Virus record (IMG/VR): IMGVR_UViG_3300033066_001908 | Reading direction: 5' to 3' (one strand) | From: a virus | Lineage: Duplodnaviria; Heunggongvirae; Uroviricota; Caudoviricetes | Length of the DNA: 19,870 nt | Shown: piece after piece, positions 1 through 7,559 of the stretch | How the letters are laid out: every line of letters begins with the position of its first letter | Numbering within the stretch: position 1 is the first letter of the stretch | Notes under the pieces: model-generated | The model's database searches: none | What the model saw: only the letters and a program-made list of their open reading frames with translations | What the model was told of the DNA's origin: nothing | Position numbers and translations under genes: made by a program

Positions 1-35
1 CCGGACCCACTATTCAACCAATGCGAGCCCGGCAT
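1..35 (-). CDS. Probable start of the next downstream gene (partial, MPGSHWLNSGS..., runs off the window)
   Basis: ATG at 35, 3 nt after the TGA of the 623-aa gene, preceded by an AAGGA SD-like motif; frame open to the window edge. Only 11 codons visible. Confidence 0.35.
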   Translation of the reverse strand, partial: MPGSHWLNSGS

Positions 36-38
36 GTT

Positions 39-1910
39 TCAGTCCTTCGTTGGATCCCAGCCTCGGGTCGGTCCGACACGTGCAAACGGCTTTCCTTCGA
101 TCAGAGAAGGCACGTATGACGTTCCCATCGTGTCACTTACGTCACCACGATGAACTGCGTCCAAGAGGTTACCCTTCTGACCAGACCCGAGCATTCTGGT
201 ATAAGGATCCGGATCTGTCGATACCGAGGTTGCGGCACGCAGCATCTCAGGTTCAAACGGCGGCGCTTCCGGATGGACCTGCAAAGCCTTCACGTTGTGC
301 TTCTGAAAGTGTTGTAACATCGAAGGCCTGATTTTCGTGCCAATTGTGTAATGAAGTGTCGGTACTTCCAGATATTTACCGACACTTTGTGCAGGCGAAA
401 CCATCATGGTCCCAGGCCGCGGAGTCCAGTTCCGCTCAAGCGTGTGGTACTGTACGACATCGTCCGGGGCATAGTCGCCCCAAAGATCCGTCAACCGCAC
501 GTGATCGATCATACCTCGGGTAGCCAGTTCGACGTTCCGACGATGGACTGACATCCCGGAGGCCTTGTACGCATTTCGAAAGGCATCCATAAAGTAACGG
601 CGACCTTCGCCGATCCCTTTGTGTTTGACAATTTCTGCCGGATTTGGAAGTCCGGACGAGAGAACATCCCCCGCTTCAATTGGATCACCAGGTTTGACCG
701 ACACAGTTTGTTCAGGTGGAACATAGTGTTCTTCGTTGTTGATATCGACGAAGTTTCCACCCTGTGGGGCCGGTCGGATCTGCTTCACGACTCCATCGAA
801 CTGGGAGTGCGTGGCGCCACCTGGAAAGTGCTCTGGCACTTGGGCTAATTGGTTAATCAAATCGAATCCGGTTGGCCCGGCACCAGCGATACCACCGGAG
901 TGTTTCGACGACAGCGAACCTTGCGTCAGCTTTTCGGACAAAGCCTGGCCAGCCGCAATACCCACATAATCGCCAAGCGGAGCGAGCCGCCCCCGTTCTC
1001 GGTGTCCAACATCGCGGGCATAAACACCCCCATCGGCAGGGCCGCCCACCAAAGGACTACGAACCAGAATGTGATCATGTCCAGCATCGCTAAGCTCTCG
1101 CAGAATCTTTGGCGTGACTACTGTGTTACGTGCATATCCAGCCACGGGTGCGGCAAGTAAGGCACCCACGCTGTCTCGATCAGAAGTTGGGACTGGAAGT
1201 CCTCGAATGGAATTCGGGTCTCCCGGTTCTTCATCGTCCACAGCGGACACGAGCAGCCGGTGAGCAGTTTGCTGCAGCTGTTTAGCGAAGTACCCAGAGT
1301 TTGCCGTAGCGAGTTTGGTGTCAATGACCCCACGCCGGGCACCGTACGCCCCGGCGAAGTATTCGGCCGGGGAAAGACCCTCGGAGTAGTTGTGAAGAAT
1401 CGGGAGCGCAATGCGGTTCCCATGATGATCCTCATAAGCCACATCGAAACCACGGAGACTCCGAAGATTAGTCGGATTGCCGCGCGAGCCCGAAAGGACT
1501 TGTAACGCGAGAGGATTCTTCTCAGCCAGGCTTTCATTATAAATGTCTTTCGTTAATGCGCCGCCTTCCTTGTCCATGAGGGCGTCGAGCTGTGCCTGAC
1601 GGTCCTCGTCTGACAAGTTTTTCTGCGACAAAACTTGACTGATCTGCCGTCCGATTCGGCTACGCGCAGCTTGTGTGGCAGCGGCCGGACGCAGATGCTT
1701 CAAACCAAAGGTGTTGCCACCCGACAGATAAGCAGACTCTCGAGCAACCTGCATCAGCTTGTGGACTGTGTCCCGGTACTGTTCTGGTCGTTTATCGATG
1801 ATGTCCTGCAGGAGCTTCTCAGTTGTACCCTTATCGAGCACAGTACCGTACCGGCGTAGTTCCGGAGGCAGTGCTTCTTGCACCAAAAGTTGGCCCATTG
1901 TGGTTTGCAT
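39..1910 (-). CDS. rpoC: RNA polymerase beta-prime subunit, C-terminal part (rim helices, F-loop, bridge helix, trigger loop, jaw), 623 aa
   Basis: Starts MQTTMGQLL (cf. RpoC DTTVGRAIL). SGSRGNPTNLRSL matches SGARGSAAQIRQL. Bridge helix GLSPAEYFAGAYGARRGVIDTKLATANSGYFAKQL matches [35 protein letters not shown]. Trigger loop AAGQALSEKLTQGSLSSKHSGG matches [21 protein letters not shown]. Jaw hairpin VKPGDPIEAGDVLSSG. TAATG overlap with the upstream gene. The symbol denotes homology only. Confidence 0.93.
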   Translation of the reverse strand: MQTTMGQLLVQEALPPELRRYGTVLDKGTTEKLLQDIIDKRPEQYRDTVHKLMQVARESAYLSGGNTFGLKHLRPAAATQAARSRIGRQISQVLSQKNLSDEDRQAQLDALMDKEGGALTKDIYNESLAEKNPLALQVLSGSRGNPTNLRSLRGFDVAYEDHHGNRIALPILHNYSEGLSPAEYFAGAYGARRGVIDTKLATANSGYFAKQLQQTAHRLLVSAVDDEEPGDPNSIRGLPVPTSDRDSVGALLAAPVAGYARNTVVTPKILRELSDAGHDHILVRSPLVGGPADGGVYARDVGHRERGRLAPLGDYVGIAAGQALSEKLTQGSLSSKHSGGIAGAGPTGFDLINQLAQVPEHFPGGATHSQFDGVVKQIRPAPQGGNFVDINNEEHYVPPEQTVSVKPGDPIEAGDVLSSGLPNPAEIVKHKGIGEGRRYFMDAFRNAYKASGMSVHRRNVELATRGMIDHVRLTDLWGDYAPDDVVQYHTLERNWTPRPGTMMVSPAQSVGKYLEVPTLHYTIGTKIRPSMLQHFQKHNVKALQVHPEAPPFEPEMLRAATSVSTDPDPYTRMLGSGQKGNLLDAVHRGDVSDTMGTSYVPSLIEGKPFARVGPTRGWDPTKD

Positions 1911-2152
1911 TACCGGATTCCGGGAAGAATCAGATCATCTTGTGTCATCTGGGTCGTAAATACCGTTTGAGTGACACCGACAACCTGCAACAACTTGTCG
2001 AAGTCCGCATCACCTGCTTTGGCGGCCATGATCGCACGAGCGAAGTCAGCCGCTACCAGGACAGGTGTATTATGCACAGCGTCACGGATAACAATCCGTG
2101 ACGCAATGACTTTTACTGGTCGTCCGTGGTCGTCGAGGTATTCAAGGATCAT
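1910..2152 (-). CDS. Hypothetical protein, 80 aa, between the two RNAP genes
   Basis: ATGA overlap with the upstream gene and TAATG overlap with the downstream RNAP gene; globular-looking composition; no recognised family. Confidence 0.8.
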   Translation of the reverse strand: MILEYLDDHGRPVKVIASRIVIRDAVHNTPVLVAADFARAIMAAKAGDADFDKLLQVVGVTQTVFTTQMTQDDLILPGIR

Positions 2153-3042
2153 TGTACAACGACTTGCCTTTGCTGCCGGGACGCTGCGATCATGTGCATG
2201 ACCATGTTGGCCCGGTCCTGCACGCTACCTTCAGCGGCCTCAGCCTGTTTTGGTGGAGGGAACATTTCAGTGATTGACGGAGGCGGCGTTGTGACGGCAA
2301 CCTTTTCGAATGGAATACCAAGTGACAATGCCGCATCTTCCAGATCAAAGTCTTCGTCCGCAGCAGTCTTTGGTGCGATCGCCGGCGCGAACTGCATTTG
2401 CTGCTGTTGAGGTTGTGCGTTTGGATCCTGCCCACCGGCAGCATTCGGATCGGCTCCCGGAGCTGCAACACCAGGGCTTTGGACGTTAGCGCCCATCGCG
2501 CCGGCCATCGATGGATCAGTGCCAGGTGGCGGGCCGAGCATGGCTTCCGGCGGAATCTCGACTTGAACCCCAGCCTTGTTGAGGGCTGTGATGATTGCCA
2601 TCAGGAACGTGTTCGTTTTGTAGAGCTGCAGTGCGACTTCATCGCCACCTTTGCTCTTCTTCGGGCCAGCGGCACCGGCCGCGCCAGGCATACCAGGCTG
2701 TCCGCCTTGCTGCATAGCTTGCTGCACAGCCTGCGTGACGACCTGTTGAATCATCATCATCATCTCAGGAGGTGGGCCAGCTGGCGCACCCCCAGCCCCG
2801 CCAGACGGATCTCCACCTGGAGGCGCTCCGGAGGGATCGCCAGGAGGCGGCGCACCGCCCATTGATGGATCGCCGCCTGACGGGGGAGCCCCACCTTGAC
2901 TTGGATCGCCGCCAGGAGGAGGAGCCCCGCCAGCGGCTGGATCGCCACCGGCTTGTCCTGCCGGAATGAACGCGGCCTTTCGGAGACCGGTGTTGTTCTT
3001 TGCCAGCTCCAACAGAAGTGGGTTGAGCTTCATCGTGGACAT
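2149..3042 (-). CDS. Gly/Pro/Ala/Gln-rich low-complexity protein (about 297 aa), function unknown
   Basis: Fills the gap after the RNAP fusion gene. Start ATG 3042 has a GAGGA SD; the GTG at 3057 (GTGA overlap) is the alternative. GGDP repeats, MMMM and QQQQ runs, no Cys. Confidence 0.82.
   Translation of the reverse strand: MSTMKLNPLLLELAKNNTGLRKAAFIPAGQAGGDPAAGGAPPPGGDPSQGGAPPSGGDPSMGGAPPPGDPSGAPPGGDPSGGAGGAPAGPPPEMMMMIQQVVTQAVQQAMQQGGQPGMPGAAGAAGPKKSKGGDEVALQLYKTNTFLMAIITALNKAGVQVEIPPEAMLGPPPGTDPSMAGAMGANVQSPGVAAPGADPNAAGGQDPNAQPQQQQMQFAPAIAPKTAADEDFDLEDAALSLGIPFEKVAVTTPPPSITEMFPPPKQAEAAEGSVQDRANMVMHMIAASRQQRQVVVQ
2800..2949 (-). repeat. In-frame tandem repeat encoding (G)GDP-x-x-GGAPP, five degenerate units
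   Basis: Plus-strand GGATCGCC/GGATCTCC cores start at 2807, 2834, 2867, 2903 and 2939 (spacings 27, 33, 36, 36 nt). Translation: GGDPAAGGAPPP GGDPSQGGAPPS GGDPSMGGAPPP GDPSGAPP GGDPSGG. Confidence 0.85.
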
Positions 3043-3053
3043 AAGGCCGGTCC

Positions 3054-6000
3054 TCACTGATCGGGATTAAGGATTTCTACTTGCTGTCCGAGGTGCCCGA
3101 GCCCGCGTTTGAAGGCCTGGATCGCTTCGGTCTTGGTTTTGAACCGCATTGGCTGATCGTTTGTACGCGCTGAAGTTGCCGCATACAAGCCCCCTAAATA
3201 CTCCTGACTGGGCTGGTACATCGGCCGGAATTCAGAAACGGACAATAGATTACGACTTGGCATCATCTTTGTATAGGCGTCACGAACAGCTTCATGGGTC
3301 GCTGGAACGTGGAACTGCATCGCATCCCCATCGTAATCCCCACCGAAACCTTTGATTACGATCGGCGAAGTTTCCAGGTTGTGGCCCTTGGTCAATCGCG
3401 GTCGGAAGGCCATCACACCATACCGGTGCAACACCGGTGCGCGGTCAATGATCAGCGGACGTTCTTCCATAACTGATAGCAAAGCCTGTCGGGCAGTGGC
3501 GTGTTTGCCATGCACTAAAGCCGCTGCGCGCATCGGTGACATGCCGCGCTTGACCATGTGACGGACGATGAACGGCTGGTAGATCTTCCATGCAGAATCT
3601 TCTGGTACGCCGACCTGATCCATGTCGAGGTCTGGATTCGGAATGATGGTGGATCGCCCAACGAGATCTGTAGTGCTGCCCAGAAGTCGGCGCTGAACGA
3701 CAGACCATTTTGGTGATGTGCCAAGGACATGTTTGAGAACCCCTTTGACTTCTTGTTCCTGGAGCTTTGCTGGCGCGGGATCACCCAGACCAGCGACTGC
3801 GCGCATAGAGTTATACAGCGCCAGACGTTCTTCCGAAACGTCTGCAAAACTCTTCTTATTCTCAGCCAGGTTCTGGTTGGTCTCGAAGAGATCGCGGTAC
3901 AGGTAATTTGGATCTGCCACCATGGGCACGTCCGATCCTTTCATCTTGGATACTGGACGAAATTGTGGTGGCAACACCGGCGCAGCGGTCCAAAACCACT
4001 CACGAGGGTGCAATCCTGTCTTCTTAATGCCCAACAGAAAACCAATCTTCTTGATTGCCTCGTCACGGGCTGTCTTACGTCCGTTGCGAACATCATATGC
4101 GGTGCGAGCTAGCTCAGTATCGACGTTCATTCGATCGAGTGCATTGTACAACGCATCTGGTCCAGTCTGATCGCCGAACTTCTCGCGGCCGGCGATGATC
4201 TCCGTGTATTGGTTCTTGGTCAGACCCAGCAGCTTTCGGATCGGATCTTCCATGACAGGGTTCGGCATGCGCTCAGTCAGCGGGATCTTTGCCCATCGAC
4301 CGCCATTGGCGCCGCCAAACAACTTCTCATCAAACAATCCGCCTTCGATCGGCTTTAGATTGCCAGAGTTCCAGTCGACTGTATCGGGTCGTTGCAGTAC
4401 GCGATCACCAGCGAGATCGTCGATGTTCTTCTGGGTCATCGCCATGATCTGCGTACGGGTACCGGTGCGGACTGGATTGATACCAGCCGCCTGCAGATTG
4501 CTGACGAACTTCTTATAGACAAATGGAACAGGCGGATCAGGAGGCTCCCGTCCGCTCATGACAGCGGCCCAGTATTCAGGATTGCGCTGGCCACGCACCA
4601 GGCTACCGTCACGAGCGACCTCAGTGCCACCGTGACTCAGGATGGCATTGAGGTGGAGCATCCCCCATGTTTTGGATCCTTCAGGGCCACCCTTCGCAGG
4701 AGCTTCGTCTGCCGTGTAGGTACCAAGACCACGTGCGGAGGCCTTCGATTCTGAAATGTGATGGAGCTTCATCAAGAAGCTGTTACCCACAAGCACACCA
4801 GGAATCTTACGACCGGTGACAGGATCCGTCACGTCTTCGGTGTCGGACATACCGTGGCGCTGCAACTCTTGCTGCGTGAAGTTCGCCAGGTCATCGATGT
4901 TATCGAAGTCTTTCACCCGGTAACGTTGACCAGTGACTGCGGCGATCTTGCCCAACAGCATTTCGGGAACCTGGCTGGGGTTTGATCGAGAGATCACACC
5001 CAACGGGTTCTGCAGAAACTCGAGCGGCTTACCGTCTTGCGCGACTGGCATCTCGTGATCAGGGATCACTGCCGCCACGACACCCTTGTTACCGTATCGA
5101 CCGGAGACCTTGTCACCGACCTGCAGTGGCATTGTGGTCTTCACGGCAACCGTGACACCTTTGTCCGTACGATGCACGTCGGTCACGATCCCCGGAGCTT
5201 CATGCTCCCAGGTTTCAGACTGATCACTGAAAGCGTGTGCCCGGGCGCCGGACACGTCGCCAACACGAGGCCGCCGCTTAGCGACGGCCAGCATCAGCGG
5301 GTCACCGTGTTCAACACGTTGTCCAACTTGAATGACGCCATCGGGACCGAGCTTGTCGAGCTGATCCTTCTGGAAGTTACCGGAGAAAATCGAGGAGAAC
5401 TTTCGCTTATCGACCTGACTGTTGTCAGGACTGTTCTCGATCATGCTCTTGTACATATGCTGTGAAGCAAAGCGTTTCGCGGCCGACTCGCTGATCACCG
5501 TGGCGTCTTCGAAGTTGTAACCTCGAAGCGGCAAGTAACCAGTGCGGACATTCAAACCCAATGCGGTCGCGCCGGTGTCGTCTGTGTAATTGCTCTTCGC
5601 CAACAAGTGGCCCGCGGCGAACTGTTGTCCTGGTTGAACCAACGGCTCCTGGTGCAAGTATGTCTTCCGCGCGGAAGGCATATTCTGCGCCAGCTCGTGT
5701 GTCTGCTGCGTACCGTCTTGATATTGGACCGTGATACTGTCGGGCTTCACATCGAGCACGCGCCCAGGTTGCGCGGCCCGTACAGCACCCATGCGTGTCC
5801 CGTAGGCTTCTTCAAAGGACTGATCGGAATCAGGGCTGCCTGACTGCACAAAGGGTGACTCGCCTTTGTTAATCGGCAGTGCTTGGGTCATCATGCGTGC
5901 CGCCATCGCGACGCGCTGACCCTTCATGCCCGACTTCATCGGAACCATATTGGCCAACGGAGACAGTGCGTGCTCCATGTGTGGCACCTGGTAGTCGACC

Positions 6001-7559
6001 GTGTCGGACGAAACCAGGCTAATCTTTCCATTCTTGAGCGCTGGCACGTAGTACCTGGTCTGTCCGTTGGGATGTGGGTTTCCGGGCGCTTCGTAGATGT
6101 GCCCGCGAGCCAAAGCTTGCCGTACCCGCATAAAGGTATCGTTGTCCATCTGCTGTCCGACCTGCGGTGGCGTCACACCAGGGAAGGCCAGCGTCTTGCC
6201 GAACAGCGACATCGGATCCTTCCAGACCGTCTGACCAGTCCGGACATCCTTGAACGGAGCATAGACCTCGCCATTTGGGCCTTTACGAAGGTTCCGAACC
6301 ATGCGAGATTCCACCCCGGCACGTTCAGACTCAGGTGTAACCAGAAAGTCGAGGTACCCAAAATGTGACGGTTGTACCGATCGGGAAGTCTTCGGAATGG
6401 CATCGGACGAAGGCAGACCACCATAACCCATACGGGTCACGCGCATCTGCTGGTCGAAAGTCATTGCCGGGTTAATACCTTCCGTCGATTGGGCCAGACC
6501 ACTGTCGAGCAAAGCGCCCCGGACATTCTTGTTCAGGGCGTTTGTCAGTACGGTGCCCAGCATTCCCTTTCGGGAAGAGCGCCAAAGCAATTGCCGCAGG
6601 TTGTTGTGTCCGCCGTTGATTCGCTCAGCGATGAGATCCTCCGGTCCGACCAATCGCATAAAGCCCAGATGATCACGATCGTCTTGTTCTGCGGCTTGCA
6701 GACCCAGCCGCTGTAGGAACTCCGGGTTCTTACGATTCTTGACCGCCAGCAACCGACGTGTGGTTGCCAGGATCATGTCAGCTGACACCTTGTCAAATGG
6801 TTGACCCAGTGTCTGTTGATTCACGGCCGGATCCAACTTGGTGCCTTCCATCGCAGCCCTGATCGCCATCTGCTGTTGTTCAGCTGTGGCGGGCTGTGCG
6901 TTCTTGACCAGACGTTGATAGAGTTTCAACGTGTCACCGGCCGAACTCTTCTTGAGATTCACGGCGGCCAGGTCATTGCCCCAGGCGTTCCGGAGTTGTT
7001 CTGTGCTGGTACCCATGGCCTGCAGGAGCGGCACAATCGGGATCTTTGCCTGCCCCACGCGTACTCGAAAGATACCGGTTTGCGGGTCCATAAAGATACG
7101 ATGGGGGACACCTTGACCAGGCAACACGTTGACGTGTGCCTCCAACTCTCCATTGTCCTTTTCGCGGGTATAGACCCCGGGTTTCAAGCGAAGCTGACTG
7201 GCCACCGTGTACTCGGTGCCATTGTCAATCATTGTCCCACGATCCGTGTAGTACGGAATCTTCGCCAACGTAACCCGGCGGCTATCAAGGGTTTGCCCGG
7301 TTACATTGTCAACCAAATGAGCATCGGCCCGAAGTCGTCGACCGACAGTCTGTCGTGAGAGCAAGGCCTGCTTTTGAACAGCCAGCGGAACATGATCCGG
7401 ATCATCATAACCCGGGTTGGTGAACTTCAACGTGTGGGTCTGTGACGCGATCGGCGGCAGCTTGGTAACTGCCGACAGCGCACTATCGAAAATCGCCCCT
7501 CGGACAGCCGCTGGATCGTCGACCGACCGTCCGGGCGGTTGAAGGGGATCGAGATTCAT
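3054..7559 (-). CDS. rpoBC: RNA polymerase fusion protein: complete beta subunit joined to the N-terminal catalytic part of beta-prime, 1501 aa
   Basis: Beta motifs: IPYYTDRGTMIDNGTEYTVASQLR, RVTRMGYGGL, SHFGYLDFLVTPE, GYNFEDA, GDKVSGRYGNKG, NPLGVISRSN, MKLHHISESKASARGLGTY. Beta-prime motifs follow in frame after about 4460: PDTVDWNSGNLKPIEGGLFDEKLFG, PVLPPQFRP, LLGSTTDLVGRSTI, RAPVLHR and catalytic GGDYDGDAMQFHVP (motif at 3324-3344). TAATG overlap with the upstream gene. The symbol denotes homology only. Confidence 0.95.
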   Translation of the reverse strand: MNLDPLQPPGRSVDDPAAVRGAIFDSALSAVTKLPPIASQTHTLKFTNPGYDDPDHVPLAVQKQALLSRQTVGRRLRADAHLVDNVTGQTLDSRRVTLAKIPYYTDRGTMIDNGTEYTVASQLRLKPGVYTREKDNGELEAHVNVLPGQGVPHRIFMDPQTGIFRVRVGQAKIPIVPLLQAMGTSTEQLRNAWGNDLAAVNLKKSSAGDTLKLYQRLVKNAQPATAEQQQMAIRAAMEGTKLDPAVNQQTLGQPFDKVSADMILATTRRLLAVKNRKNPEFLQRLGLQAAEQDDRDHLGFMRLVGPEDLIAERINGGHNNLRQLLWRSSRKGMLGTVLTNALNKNVRGALLDSGLAQSTEGINPAMTFDQQMRVTRMGYGGLPSSDAIPKTSRSVQPSHFGYLDFLVTPESERAGVESRMVRNLRKGPNGEVYAPFKDVRTGQTVWKDPMSLFGKTLAFPGVTPPQVGQQMDNDTFMRVRQALARGHIYEAPGNPHPNGQTRYYVPALKNGKISLVSSDTVDYQVPHMEHALSPLANMVPMKSGMKGQRVAMAARMMTQALPINKGESPFVQSGSPDSDQSFEEAYGTRMGAVRAAQPGRVLDVKPDSITVQYQDGTQQTHELAQNMPSARKTYLHQEPLVQPGQQFAAGHLLAKSNYTDDTGATALGLNVRTGYLPLRGYNFEDATVISESAAKRFASQHMYKSMIENSPDNSQVDKRKFSSIFSGNFQKDQLDKLGPDGVIQVGQRVEHGDPLMLAVAKRRPRVGDVSGARAHAFSDQSETWEHEAPGIVTDVHRTDKGVTVAVKTTMPLQVGDKVSGRYGNKGVVAAVIPDHEMPVAQDGKPLEFLQNPLGVISRSNPSQVPEMLLGKIAAVTGQRYRVKDFDNIDDLANFTQQELQRHGMSDTEDVTDPVTGRKIPGVLVGNSFLMKLHHISESKASARGLGTYTADEAPAKGGPEGSKTWGMLHLNAILSHGGTEVARDGSLVRGQRNPEYWAAVMSGREPPDPPVPFVYKKFVSNLQAAGINPVRTGTRTQIMAMTQKNIDDLAGDRVLQRPDTVDWNSGNLKPIEGGLFDEKLFGGANGGRWAKIPLTERMPNPVMEDPIRKLLGLTKNQYTEIIAGREKFGDQTGPDALYNALDRMNVDTELARTAYDVRNGRKTARDEAIKKIGFLLGIKKTGLHPREWFWTAAPVLPPQFRPVSKMKGSDVPMVADPNYLYRDLFETNQNLAENKKSFADVSEERLALYNSMRAVAGLGDPAPAKLQEQEVKGVLKHVLGTSPKWSVVQRRLLGSTTDLVGRSTIIPNPDLDMDQVGVPEDSAWKIYQPFIVRHMVKRGMSPMRAAALVHGKHATARQALLSVMEERPLIIDRAPVLHRYGVMAFRPRLTKGHNLETSPIVIKGFGGDYDGDAMQFHVPATHEAVRDAYTKMMPSRNLLSVSEFRPMYQPSQEYLGGLYAATSARTNDQPMRFKTKTEAIQAFKRGLGHLGQQVEILNPDQ

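Noticed and set aside
2800-2949. CRISPR array or non-coding repeat
   Set aside because: Units are 27-36 nt, in frame, vary at synonymous positions and have no unique spacers; it is a coding peptide repeat.
1910-3057. Intein, intron or stop-codon readthrough explaining the beta-prime split
   Set aside because: The intervening DNA encodes two well-formed coupled ORFs. There are no Cys/Ser...His-Asn intein ends or homing endonuclease motifs, and the downstream chain has its own ATG.
39-7559. Ordinary cellular rpoB-rpoC locus, or cyanobacterial/plastid rpoB-rpoC1-rpoC2
   Set aside because: No rplL, rplJ, nusG or rpsL neighbours; zinc sites lost; catalytic motif altered; split point precedes the TTxG motif; no SI3 insertion; unrelated genes inserted between the halves.
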